Shown here: positions 50,911 to 62,561 of the stretch, piece after piece | Numbering within the stretch: the stretch's first letter is position 1 | How the letters are laid out: each line of letters opens with the position of its first letter | Notes under the pieces: generated by a model | What the model was told of the DNA's origin: nothing | The model's database searches: none | Seen by the model: the letters and a program-made list of their open reading frames with translations, nothing else | Position numbers and translations under genes: made by a program | Assembly: GCF_011386835.1 (NCBI RefSeq) | Contig: NC_088796.1 | Coordinates: 7,378,001 to 7,442,000, forward strand | DNA from: Chrysemys picta bellii | Lineage: Eukaryota | Reading direction: 5' to 3' | DNA: 64,000 bases

Positions 50911-52361
50911 TTTTGATTGGTGAGGCTAATTGATCAGGGCTCACTAGCTCCAGGCCTCCTGGCCCCTAAAGGGTCCTGTTTCTATATTTTTGAAAGAAAA
51001 GTTGTTGATTTTGGTTCAAAATGACATTATGTTTTAAAAAAATATTAGTTAATTTATACTAAAAAAGGAGTTGAACACAAAATATTACAACATGATCACA
51101 AAGAAATGTTTTGACTGCCCCAATCCATTTTTTTTTCCTGATTATCCATACACCGACAATTTTGAGATTTCAACTTTCCGTTCCAGTCTGGAATGGGTAA
51201 AAAGTTTGAAATCTTGAAAAGTCTTATGTGATGGAAAACTTTTTTCCAGTGCACTATAATGAGAACAGTGACGACAGTCTGTAAGTGCCAGCTGTTACAT
51301 ACTGTGTATGTGCGCTGTACACTGAGATACAGGTTTTTTGTTTTTATGAGCATGTGTCCACAATTATGCATTTATCTACAGGTATGTGTGTGTGTGAGAG
51401 AGAGTTAGTGATGGGTGACCCTGAAGAGAATCAGAACTTTGGCTCTCCTTATACAAGCACTCAAAGACTTGGATGCCTATCTACCGTTTCCCATCCAAAC
51501 TTCTCCAGCCTGTAAAAGTAGGATAGAGATCTTATGTTCACAGGTTTTCTTGGGAAAATTCAGACACGTTCACTTCTCCTGATTAGGAATATCACACAAT
51601 ATACCCACTCTAATCCCATCTCTGACAAAAACTCAAAGTGGGAAATAAAAGAGAAAAATATCCAATCATTTCAAAAAGGGTTGAGTCTAAAAGTGGGAGA
51701 AGACTCAGGGTGTATATGTGTGTCTCTTATTCTTATTTTTCATCCAAAGTGCTAACTACAGTTGGTTGGGAAAACCCATAGACGTTTGAGGAAAACATTT
51801 TTGCATTAAAAAAAAATCAAAGAACTTTTATTTTTTGTCAAAAAAAAAACAAAAAAATTAAAATTAAAAACAACAATAAATAATTTTCAACAATCAAAAA
51901 CTGAAAAAAAAAAGTTTAAAACAAACAAACAAATGCAGCATTCCAAGAAATGGAAATAATTTGTGTAACTGAAATGGACACCAATGTTCTTTCCCTTTTA
52001 ATAAATTCTGTTCTATGAATATATTAAGTTTTAACATACTTGTAAAATTGCATAGGGTTTTTTTGCACTGATTTTGTTACAAAATAAAATTCTATTCCTT
52101 GGAACATAATTCAACTTTATTAGTTCCAAACATATGCTGCCGAGTTCTCAGCAGTTCTAAAAGCAACCAGTTACCTATTACTGCACAGTGTCACACAACT
52201 CATAGGATTGGTCACAAGTAAAATGAATAGGTGCATTGACAATGTTATATTCTGACATATACGGCTATCACCACGCAATTCTTAGCAGGCCACAAAAGAG
52301 CAGTGCCAGGTAAAGCAAACTATAACAATACGTTATTCCGGCTCACTATTAAAATGTTCTT

Positions 52362-53753
52362 TCAAAGCCTCCCTGACTCATATAGCTCTGCACTGAACTC
52401 TTCTATTAGCTCTCGTATCTGACTATTCAAATCCAGCAGACAGCCACTCCACCTCCGCCCGCCACCCCACCCCCTTTTCGCTTCAAAGATATTATGCAGG
52501 ACACAACAGGTAGCTATAACCATTGGGATATTTTTCTCACTGAGGCCCAATCTTGTGAGTAAAAAACACCAGCGTCCCTTCAAACGACCGAAAGCAAATT
52601 CAATTCTCATTCTGCACCTGCTGAGCTAGTAGTTGAATCTTTCCTTGGTGCTGCCAAGGTGGCCGGTGTTTGGCTCGTGAGCCAGGGGGTTAAGGGATAG
52701 GCTGGGTCCCCCATAGAATCATAGAAGATTAAGGTTGGAAGAGACCTCAGGAGGTCATCTAGTCCAACCCCCTGCTCAAAGCAGGACCAACACCAACTAA
52801 ATTATCCCAGCCAGGGTTTTGTCAAGCTGGGCCTTAAAAATTGCCAGGATCACCACTGGTATCTCAAAAATTGCCAGGATCACTATTGGCATCTCAACGT
52901 TGACAATGGTAATCTGCTGGTTGGGAAAGAAAGTCCCTGTTGACAGCTTTCTGAACAGTCCTGCATTCTTAAAGATGCAAGTATCATGCATCTTCCCTGA
53001 TCTGCTCACACTGATTTCAGAGAAGCACAGTGCTTGCATAAACATAGAAAAGTAACCCTTTCTGTTGATGTATTCCATGGTAAGGTGCTCCAGTGCCAAA
53101 ACTGGGATATCCGTGCTGCCTATTATCACCCTCCCTACACACAGTTCAGGAACCCCATTGCTATTGATCCATCCACTATGTCCTGAACATCGCTGAGTGT
53201 CACACTCCTGTGAAACGAGGAGATTAATGACTGAGCACGCTTGCTGGACAACACCTCCCACGATGGATTTCCTGATTCCAATTAGATTCCCAACTGACCT
53301 GTAGCAATCCAGCATTTCAAGTTTCCACAATGTGTTTGCCACTTGCTTCTCCACGGTCAGTGCAGCTCTCATTTTGGTGTCCCTGCTGGCAGGGGTGAGC
53401 TCTGCACACAGATCCAGGAATGTGGCCTTGCATATCTGAACGTTCTGCAGCCACTGCTCATCATCCCAAACCTGCATTATGATGCGATCCCGCCAGTCCG
53501 AGCTCGTTTCTCGGGCCTAGAAGTGGCGCTCTACCATCTGCAGCTGCTCTGTGAATGCCATCAACAACTTCAAATCGGTTCTCACTATGTTCCACAGCAA
53601 TCTGCCCTCCAAGACATCATCATGTTCCCCACTCATTCGGTTCTTCGTGTGGCTCTTCAGATACTGCAGAACCATGCGCTGTGTGCTTGCAATGCTCAGG
53701 ACAATAGTGTAGAGCTGTACAGACTCCATGCTTCTAACAGAGATGGTAGTCAT
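52362..53753 (-). pseudogene. Harbinger (DDE_Tnp_4 / HARBI1-like) transposase pseudogene
   Basis: MQVWDDEQWLQN..KATFLDLC, YINRKGYFSM, SGKMHD..IFKN, MPIVIL|GDPAYP, IEFAFGRLKGRW, CCVLHNI; frameshifts and an internal CR1 insertion. Confidence 0.9.
52712..52840 (-). mobile_element. CR1 3' end inserted in the Harbinger transposase
   Basis: CATAGAATCATAGAAGATTAAGGTTGGAAGAGACCTCAGG... Confidence 0.9.
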
Positions 53754-54377
53754 GTGGGTTTGTGGGATTTTGAAAAAAAGGCATGAAGATTATAGGATAC
53801 AGGTAACATTATGGGATGGAGACGGTTGCAAATCGGGAAGTTAACTCCATGCTCCCAATCATGACTTGTTTTGGCCCCAAGCCTGCATTGCTAAACTTCC
53901 CAAAAGACAGTGCACTGGATAGTGGTGAGTTGCACACTGGGATACATACCCATGATGCACCTCACTCAGTATTGACACAAGCACTCCTAGTGAGGACGTG
54001 CACTGCTGACAAAAGGAGCCAAGTACACACGCACAAGCGATATACTAACTGTGGCAGCTGTATGCCAATGTAACTTGAGTCAGCATAAGTTTGTAGTGTA
54101 GACATGGCCTACATCTATCAGGGATGGGGATTTCTCACCCCCTGGGAAATTAGCTGTGCCAAAGTGAATTTCAGTGTCAATCAGCCCTAAGAAATATGAG
54201 AATCAGGCCCTGATTAATCAAGGCACTTGAACACATGCCTAACTGGAAGCATGTAAGTACTCCCATTGACTGCTTGTGTGCTTAAGCACCTTTCTGATTC
54301 ACACCTCTAGGAAGTAACAGTGTGTGTGTGCATCCATGCACAACCAGATGTGACTGAGTGCACAAATGTTTTTAAAA

Positions 54378-54966
54378 TGTTGTTGTATGTGTTGGTTGCA
54401 GGATATGAAAGAGACAAGGAGGGCGAGGTAATATCTTTTATTGCCCATCAGGTTCTGTGGTGGTGCAGAAGTTTAATCTCTTGGAGAGTACAGATAGTTC
54501 AGTTCTGTTTAGGGGTTGTCTTGATAGTTTGATGATGTTGGGCTGATGTGGATGGCCCATGTGGTGGGTCCTGGTGTCGTGGTTTCTCCCAGAGGTGGCG
54601 TTCTGTTGATTGTGAAGTTGTTGTAGCTGGTTCTACTTTTTGTGTTGGGTGACATCAGAGTGTATTTTTTTTTAAATATTGTTTTGGGTTACCTGCATGA
54701 TATCCAGGTAGTTTTCTGGATTTTTTTTCTTCCAGTGTGTGAGATCATGTGATGATTTCTTGTTTGAGGTGATTCCTTCTGGTATGTGAGGTGCAGGAGA
54801 TGGCGTCTCAGTTTTTCTGAACTTCTTCTGCATGTTTAGCTGTTCAGCATATATGCAGTTGTACAGAGCTGTCAGAGGGTTACAGATGGTGAGTCCTCTG
54901 GGGAGGATGTTCTGTTTTTGCATTTGCTCTTTTATGGTCTAATAAAAGATATTACCTCACCCACCT
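54378..54966 (-). mobile_element. Penelope-like family 2 element with N-terminal ORF remnant between opposed terminal-repeat pieces
   Basis: Minus strand 54444-54539 encodes NIIKLSRQPLNRTELSVLSKRLNFCTTT (PLE N-terminal xxNLSxxxLxxxExxxLxKGLNF motif); KQNILPRGLTI upstream; family-2 repeat at 54378-54443 and inverted at about 54936-54966. Confidence 0.75.
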
Positions 54967-55764
54967 AATCTAAGAATTGTAAAGGTATTTAGGCATTGTA
55001 TTGCAACACCTAGATGATTCACAAGCCAACTGAAAAGTCACATCTCCTAAATCAGTTAGGCATTGTGGTACTGTGCGCAGCAAGACCTAATTACCTTTAA
55101 AAATCCAGGCCCACATCTTTAGGGCCAGAGAGATGTGCAAGAGGAAAATGGAGTTGATACAATGACATTGCTTTAGCAGAAACGTAAGCTCTTGTTTTGC
55201 AGTGAGCTAGAACTGATTCACGCAACCTTGAACCTCCCCCCGGACTATCCCAAATCCTCCTGCAGGTAAGGAGGCTGCTGTACAGTGGCATTCACTGGAT
55301 AAAAATGCTTACATTTATGGAGAGTGACTGGCTGCAAGGAATGTAATGAAATGTGATATTTCACATAACTGTGCAGTGCAGAAATCATGCAGAATGACGG
55401 CGAAGTGTCAGCACTCAGTGAATAAGACCAACTTGAGATGGTAGACGAAGCCACTAAATTATTTTGCACAGCACTGAATATCCAGGCACAGTCTGGTCTC
55501 CTCGTGCCTCAGATCTCGAGTTACATTTCACATATACAAGTGTATTGCCACCATCTTTTCTTGTCAAGCTCTGTATTTTAAAGCCCGGACAACCAAACTC
55601 TCTAAGGAGAAAACCTGGACAATTAATAACCAGTAACTTTACCCTATTAAAATGGGTTATGTGCAATAGTTTTAAGGACTTTTTTTTTTCTTATGTGAAT
55701 CTGTAGTATGTTTCTCAAGATCAATGTGCTATCCATTACAAGCAGCAAATTTGAGGGGGCTCAG

Positions 55765-55930
55765 GTGAGCTGAGTTCTATTCCTGGTTCCGCTTGCTGCC
55801 CTTAGCAAATGACTTAATTGCTCCGTGCCTCAGTTTCCCCATCAGCAAAATGAGCACAAGGATACTGACTTCCTTTGTAAAGTGCATTGAGATCAGCTGT
55901 TGAAAAGGGGCTCTGTAAGAGTGAGGTGTT
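55765..55930 (+). repeat. CORE-SINE (MIR-like)
   Basis: TTCTATTCCTGG..GTGCCTCAGTTTCCCCATC..AAAATG..TTTGTAAAGTGCATTGAGATC. Confidence 0.7.
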
Positions 55931-56501
55931 ATGCTGCATGACAGTGGCTTGTTAATGCTGCATTAGAGAAAGGAAGTGTCTCAGAACCAGCAAGCTGGGG
56001 GTTAACTCATGACTTGGCTCCACCACCAGTGTGAAAGGTGGGAGACATGAGGAGGGTGAGGGGAGTTGAAGCCTGCTGAGAGAGACAATGTTTTCCAGTG
56101 GATAGTATGCTGCATTGGAATCAGGGATTCTATTCCTGGTTCTGTCCATGACCTTGGGCACATTACTTTGCTGATACATAATAAAGTCCAACAGGATAAC
56201 CCCTTTTTATGGAGTCCGGGGAGCATTAGCTGGCTAGTGTAATGCTGGGTTCTTCTCAGGTCAACGTTTAATTTGAACAGTATTTCTCAAATCACCACAC
56301 TTACCTATTCTTAACCAACCATTTATTAATTCATCCAGAACCACACTCATAGATAATCAAAAGTTTACCCCTCAAATGTAGACGCAACCAATTGTACGTA
56401 CGACACACACCACAATCCATTCCCACAAGCACTTATCACAGTCTAGAGTTAAGGCTCATCAGTTATATCAAAGTACAATGGAAATGACCAATATTTCTTA
56501 T

Positions 56502-56710
56502 GGCTGAGGTAATCTCTTCTATTGGACCAACTTCTGTTAGTGAGAGAGACAAGCTTTCAAGATTATATAGCTTTTGTCTTCAGGTCACCCTGTGTAAGCT
56601 GGAAAGGTTGTCTCTCTCACCAATAAAAGTTGGTCCAATAAAAGATATTACTTTACCTACCTTGTCCCTCTAACTCCTGGGACTGAAACAGCTACAGCAA
56701 CACTGCATAC
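56502..56710 (+). mobile_element. Penelope-like family 2 insertion with inverted 5' segment
   Basis: Imperfect inverted arms about 56506-56558 / 56602-56658; candidate TSD AATATTTCTTAT (56490-56501) / AAAATTTCTTAT (56711-56722). Confidence 0.8.
56548..56586 (-). ncRNA. Minimal hammerhead ribozyme motif, family 2 (stem II decayed)
   Basis: Reverse complement: GAC-CTGAAGA-caaaagctatataatctt-GAAA-GC-TT-GTC; same core as family 1, different complementary stem I. Confidence 0.65.
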
Positions 56711-57039
56711 AAAATTTCTTATTAATTTTATTAATGATCAACAATTCTGAATTCTTTAGTACCTAACACAGTTATCACCCTTCCCAGGGTGCACTTGTCT
56801 TTAAGAAACTTTGAAGAGAATGGTTACTTCTCTTTGACTACATTGGTCCAAAAGGGATACATTTAGAATATTAAAAGCAATTGCTTAAAACAATTCTTTT
56901 CACTCTCTCTTAGATCAGTTTGCTTGGATTCATAAAGGAATTAAATTCTACAATATGGTTACTTGAGATCTCACTAGAGAGTGTAGACTCAGCAAGATAA
57001 CCTAGAGTTATTCATATTAAAGAATAGAAGGGGAAATAC

Positions 57040-57604
57040 AATCTTTTAAATGAAATCTCACCACTTCGTCTTATCCTCTGAACCCTGGGATGGGGGAAGA
57101 ACCCTTTCCACGCGGCTGGTCCAGACGTCAGTTGCACTTAGGATTCTGCAGTTTCTTGTGTTGGGTTCAGTCAACTCCCTTGAGCACACGTTGACCTCAG
57201 TTTACATACTGTCCGCTGCTCTTGGTGTAACCTCGCAGAGTCCCAGCTTTCTCCTAACTGGTCCCCTTCAATTCATCTACAGTGAGACCACTTGGACTCT
57301 ATAACCACTTGGACTCAATTTCAGTTATCAGCCCTTAAATTCCAGGTCCCCTTTGGTCTCCCTGTCACTGTTTTAGAGGCAGCCTAGCATGGGACTGTTG
57401 ACCCTCTTCTATCCCAGGCCTTTCTACCTTCTTTTCCCTCTCAATTCTCCCCCCTTTATAGCTGGGCTTGTTTTCTTAATTAGTCACAGTTGTGGGTGCA
57501 GGTCTCCATGACTGGCTGTGTGGAGGTGTGGTCAGCCTGATTGCTTGTGGTCACCTAGAAGACTCTTATCTCTTCTCAGTATGGAGTTTGTAAACCCCAT
57601 TACA
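57040..57604 (-). repeat. Possible LTR remnant
   Basis: LTR-like composition, CCTTTATAG (reverse TATA-like), ends ..ATTACA; weak. Confidence 0.3.
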
Positions 57605-58612
57605 ATACCCTAGTTTCAGGGCTCATAAAAGGGGACTCCCTCTTATTCCTATTGGACACATGCCAAGGGAGTGCTTAGCTTTAGCTTTTTCAGTTTCTTT
57701 GATGCTTCCACTGGTATCCAGTAGATGGCGACAGTGTGTGACAAAATCTTTCAATCATTTTCTGGTCGGAGGCTTTTTAGGTTTGATTCATTTCAAGGCC
57801 TGCATTTCATTATTAGCTGCTACCATCAATTGGAAGCCCCACTTGTAAGCAATTCCTCTTAATATGCCAAAGTTATATGCTGGTTAATATCTTTTAACAT
57901 TCTTCTTCCTTATGCCAATTTCTCTTACTTCTAGAGTGCAACAACTATTTACAGTGTGAATCAACAAAATCCTTAGAGTCTTCTAAATCTGGAGGACATA
58001 CTCCATACATTCATTGATTGCACATCACCATTTCACATTCTTTAGAACTTACAATAGAACAAGAGACATTTTCCGCATGTAGAAGAATGTAGCTCTGACT
58101 GACGTGCAGATTCTAATTTGGGGTGAACGACAAATTATTCACAGTTTATTAGATTTACAAGGAAACAATATATAGTTTATAATTTGGGGCGAAAACATGT
58201 GGCTTGGATTTCTTGGGGTAACAGTTTGTCCAATTTGACTTTCAATCTTAAAACCACATTACAGTTTTTTTGAACTTGCGGATTCCCCAACCCATTTCTT
58301 GAGCCATCAATGTTCAGTGGGTCACTTTGCATAGGAAAGTAGGGTGTGACTCTTGTGTGGTAGCTTGGAGGTCTTTTTAGCTAGGTTGCAAGGGAGAAAA
58401 AGTTTTATCCATATTATGAAAGATTCTTGCCTAGATGATTAACATTACTCTTATTCATCCATTTTAGTTTCTACAGTTGGCTGATCTATGGGTCCTTAGA
58501 CAAAGTGTCTCACATAATGTGAACCATTTTCTTGTTGTTTTCATATTTGGATCCTGTTCTGGGATAAACAGAGGTCAATAGTTCTTTTAATTTTTGAGGG
58601 CCAGAATGAGTC

Positions 58613-58740
58613 AGTATCGGGGGTAGCCATGTTAGTCTGTATCCACAAAAACAACAAGGAGTCCGGTGGCACCTTAAAGACTAACAGATTTATTTGGGCA
58701 TCAGCTTTCGTGGGTAAAAAACCTCACTTCCTTAGATGCA
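58613..58740 (-). mobile_element. Penelope-like family 1 terminal repeat with degenerate hammerhead (58698-58739)
   Basis: Near-identical to the 1.1k subfamily; ribozyme reads GCAT-CTAAGGA-A-GTGAG..CCCAC-GAAA-GC-TG-ATGC (core and cleavage site mutated). Confidence 0.85.
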
Positions 58741-59856
58741 ACTGAATCAGTAGTTATTAATCATTCAAGGCATATCTGTTCCATATACCCCTTATATTAA
58801 GTCCATAACCCGTTCTATTGTACAGCACTTCACACAACAGAGCTGCAATCTTGGTCTGAAAGAAATGCTATTGAGATGTATGAGAAGTATTCAGGGATTG
58901 GGTTGGTTTGGAACAAAAACTGCCTGAAGCTTTGCTCATCCCTCAAACCAAACCCGTGACTCCCTGCAATGAAAAAGTTAAAAGTAGAAAGGAGTGTGAT
59001 GAGCGCAGATGTGGTACCAGATTTTAGCAGCGTGTCTGTCTAGACTCATATATGGCCCCCATCACTTTAATACCTGAGATCCTCATGTATATTCATCCTC
59101 GTCCTTTACAGCTCCCATGGCTATGGCCTCTTTCTGCCTCTAGCACTGCAGCTTCTGCTTCCGCTGCCTTCGTGGAGGCAACTTCTTTCCCTGCTCCAGG
59201 GCTGCAATCCACTGCCCTCTGCCTCAGCTCAGCCTCCATTACTGCTGTGGGCACAGCCTGTGCCGGTGCAGCTGTTCTAGCCTCTCCGATTGCTCTGATT
59301 TCAATATCTGCCTCCTACCTTTCCCACTACCATGGCTGCAGCCGCTGCCGGTATAGGCCCCTGGGCTGTAGCCTCTGCTGTCTGCCTCCGCTGCTACCAC
59401 AGTTGCAATGTTCATTTCTACTGATGCCCTCTTTCTGCTGCTGCCTTCTATCCAGCTTCAGCACAGGCAGTGAAGCTCACCCGATCCGGACATGTTTCTC
59501 TGTGGCTTTCCCCAGCACTTCTGGCGATGCTGTTAACAAGCCAACGTTTTCCCTGTCATGAGTGTCGCAGCAGCTGCTTGGGTTGGGCACTGCCTTAACT
59601 TGATAGAACGTGCTCTAGTAAGCAGTGCTATGTGCTTTGACATTTGACCTGCAACTCCCTGCCTCTCAGGAACAGGTTTCACATGCTTCAAAGAATAGCA
59701 AAATGACTGGATTTTATATTATCTGTTCTTTTAATCGCAGATGTTTGTAATGATGAAATTTTAACTGGAAAAGGCTTGAACCAGCAACCCTGAACTATGG
59801 GAAACTTTAGATCAACCCTCATCTCTGAAGTTAGCAGCTTAACGGGCATGTATCAT

Positions 59857-60741
59857 AGAATCATAGAATATCAAAGTTGGAGGGGACATCAGAAGGTAAT
59901 CTAGTCCAACCCACAGCTCAAAGAAGGACCAATCCTCAACTAAATCATCCCAGCCAGGGTTTTGTCAAGCCTGATTTTAAAAACCTCTAAGGAAGAAGAT
60001 TCCACCACCTCCCTAGGTAATCCATTCCAGTGCTTCGCTATCCTCCTAGTGAAAAAGTTTTTCCTAATATCCAACCTAGACCTCCCCCACTGCAACTTGA
60101 GACCATTACTCCTTGTTCTGTCATCTGGTACCACTGAGAACAGCCGAGATCCATCCTCTTTGGAACCCCCCTTTCAGATAGTTGAAAGTAGCTATCAAAT
60201 CCCCCCTCATTCTTCTCTTCTGCAGACTAAACAATCCCAGTTCCCTCAGCCTCTCTTCATAAGTCACGTGCTCCAGCCCCTAATCATTTTTGTTGCCCTC
60301 CGCTGGACTCTTTCCCATTTTTACACATCCTTCTTGTAGTGTGGGGCCCAAAACTGGACACAGTACTCCAGATGAGGCCTCACCAATGCCGAATAGAGGG
60401 GAATGATGATGTCCCTCGATCTGCTGGCAATGCCCCTACTTATACAGCCCAAAATGCCATTAGCCTTCTTGGCAACAAGGGCACACTGTCGACTCATATC
60501 CAGCTTCTCGTACATTGTAACCCTTAGGTCCTTTTCTGCAGAACTGCTGCCTAGCGATTTGGTCCCTAGTCTGTAGCAGTGCATGGGATTCTTCCATCGT
60601 AAGTGCAGGACTCTGCACTTGTCCTTGTTGAACCTCATCAGATTTCTTTTGGTCCAATCCTCTAATTTGTCTTGGTCCCTCGGGACCCTATCCCTACCCT
60701 TCAACGTATCTACTACTCCTCCCAGTTTACTGTCATCTGCA
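59857..60741 (-). mobile_element. CR1 LINE, 5'-truncated
   Basis: ORF ...RFNKDKCRVLHL...LYSALVRPHLEYCVQFWAPHYKKDV; (CATAGAAT)n tail; 9-bp TSD ATGTATCAT (59848-59856, 60742-60750). Confidence 0.95.
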
Positions 60742-60759
60742 ATGTATCATTCTTATTGT

Positions 60760-60936
60760 CAGGGCCGGCTCCAGGCACCAGCTTAACAAGCAGGTGCTTG
60801 GGGCGGCCAAGGGAGAGGGGCGGCACCTGCGGCAATTCGGGGGCGGCAGGTCCCTCACTCCCTCTAGCCGATCGCGGCTTTTTTTTTTTTTTTTTTTTTT
60901 TTGCTTGGGGTGGCAGAAATGCTGGAGCCGGCCCTG
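60760..60936. mobile_element. hAT-type MITE
   Basis: Perfect 15-bp TIR CAGGGCCGGCTCCAG; TSD CTTATTGT/CTTATTGG (7/8). Confidence 0.92.
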
Positions 60937-61359
60937 CTTATTGGTCAGCATTTGGGGCAGGTACTATATAATTTGAATTAAATTATGATTAGGTCAGATC
61001 ATTCTGTCTTTACTCAGGCAAAGATGTTGTTTGAAGGCAATGGCACATTTACCTGAGTGAAAACTGAAATGGAGTCTGCAGCACCAGTCACGGTGAGTAC
61101 AGCCCTCCGGGACGGGGCGGGGTGGGGGGGAGGGAGGAGATAAGTGAGGGGAATAGCTCACTGGCATGATTATTGTTGTATAGGGCAATGGGACTGATTA
61201 CTGCACCATTTTCCGCAGGCGGTGGTGATTTTAACTGATATCTCACCCCTAAGGATCCCAGAATCCCAGCTGGAGTTCAACGTTAACCTTGGAGGGTCAA
61301 TTTCAGTGTCTTTACACTGCCAGCAGTTCCCTACTTTGCTGACAGGAAATGTAATACTG

Positions 61360-61605
61360 AGAGGAGAGATGATCTAGTGGCTAACACAGTGGACTGGGAC
61401 ACAGGAGAGCAGGTGTCATTTCACTGGGCAAGTTTATTTGCCTCTCTGTGCCTCTGTTTCACCTCCTACCCTTTGTCTAGCTAGACTGTGTGTTCTTCAG
61501 GGCAGAGACTGTCTTTTTTTAAATGTTTGTATATTGACTAGCATATAATGGGACCCAGACCATTGGCTGGGACCTCTAAATGCTACCATAATAGAAATAC
61601 TATAG
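61360..61605 (+). repeat. CORE-SINE (MIR-like)
   Basis: CTAGTGGCTAACACAGTGGACTGGGA head, CCTCTCTGTGCCTCTGTTTC core, GGGCAGAGACTGTC tail. Confidence 0.6.
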
Positions 61606-62561
61606 TAATAGTGGTTGATTGCCAGCGGTCACTCTGCTTTCACAGTACATCCTTTTGTTTGTTGAGATTCTAAGGTCTCTAATTCATACTTGATAATAAT
61701 GACTAGCTCCAAGAATTCAACTGATACTAAACTCCAGCTCAGTCTCCAAATTGCAGACACAAAATGACTTTTGTTCTGGGTTCTTGTTTGGCCCCCTCCC
61801 CCTGCCCTCATGATACCAGGGATGAGTCAAAATGTGTTTGGTTTGTTGTGTTTTAAAAGCAAAACCAGCCCGCCTCAGGAGTTTTATAAGGAGTGGATTT
61901 AAAAAGAAGAGAAAATAGATGACAGCACCTGCAAGGACAGCAAAGAAGGGATGTGGCAGACAGTTGGACTGTCACACTAAAGGCACCTGGGAGCTGAGCC
62001 CTGGGGAAAGGAAAGTGAAACCTGTTCTCCTGGTCACCAGGACAGCCGGTGCGCTACCCACATCTCAGGTTTGCAGAGTGAGGCGCAGATTCCGACATGT
62101 TTATGCAGAGAAGAGAGGCCTGGAAAAAGGCCCACACCACTGCTCACGGACGATTTTGTAATTACACTGACATTGTTAGCGATTACTGCCATGCAGCTGC
62201 TTGGAAAGGGCACGTCCCCTAACGGAGAATAACATGCTGGCGCCGTTAAGGTAAAGCCCTTCTGACGTGTGCTCTTGCACAAATGTTTGAATAAACAAGC
62301 CGTGTAGTAGTTGGAGCCACTTTATTCACTCTTAATACACATCTTGGTTACAGAGATCAGCTTGACAAGCATGAGCAATATGCAAAACATTCCTCTTCGT
62401 CCTCTCACATGCTGGCCTCATAGACATATGCTGTTTATACCAGCCCAGTGCCTCATACAGCACAATGATAAGGGATGACATTTCCCCCAATCTTCTGCAT
62501 GCTAACAACCACCACATTGGAAGCTCCAAAGAGCAGACTATGGCGCGCTTTCCACATGGGC

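Larger units (their letters stand above)
52255..54109 (-). mobile_element. PIF/Harbinger DNA transposon fossil, one TIR retained
   Basis: Transposase remnants plus TIR GTAGTGTAGACATGGCC at 54093-54109; left end approximate. Confidence 0.85.

Noticed and set aside
52362-53753. Host HARBI1 gene
   Set aside because: Frameshifts, a CR1 insertion in the catalytic motif and an adjacent TIR show it is a transposon fossil, not the domesticated gene.
58602-58752. TSD for the 58.6k PLE copy (CAGAATGAGT / CTGAATCAGT)
   Set aside because: Only 8/10 identity and the boundary is ambiguous; not counted.
59052-59561. 169-aa plus-strand ORF as a functional gene
   Set aside because: Low-complexity Ala/Ser/Cys content with no domain; it may be the antisense shadow of a decayed ORF.
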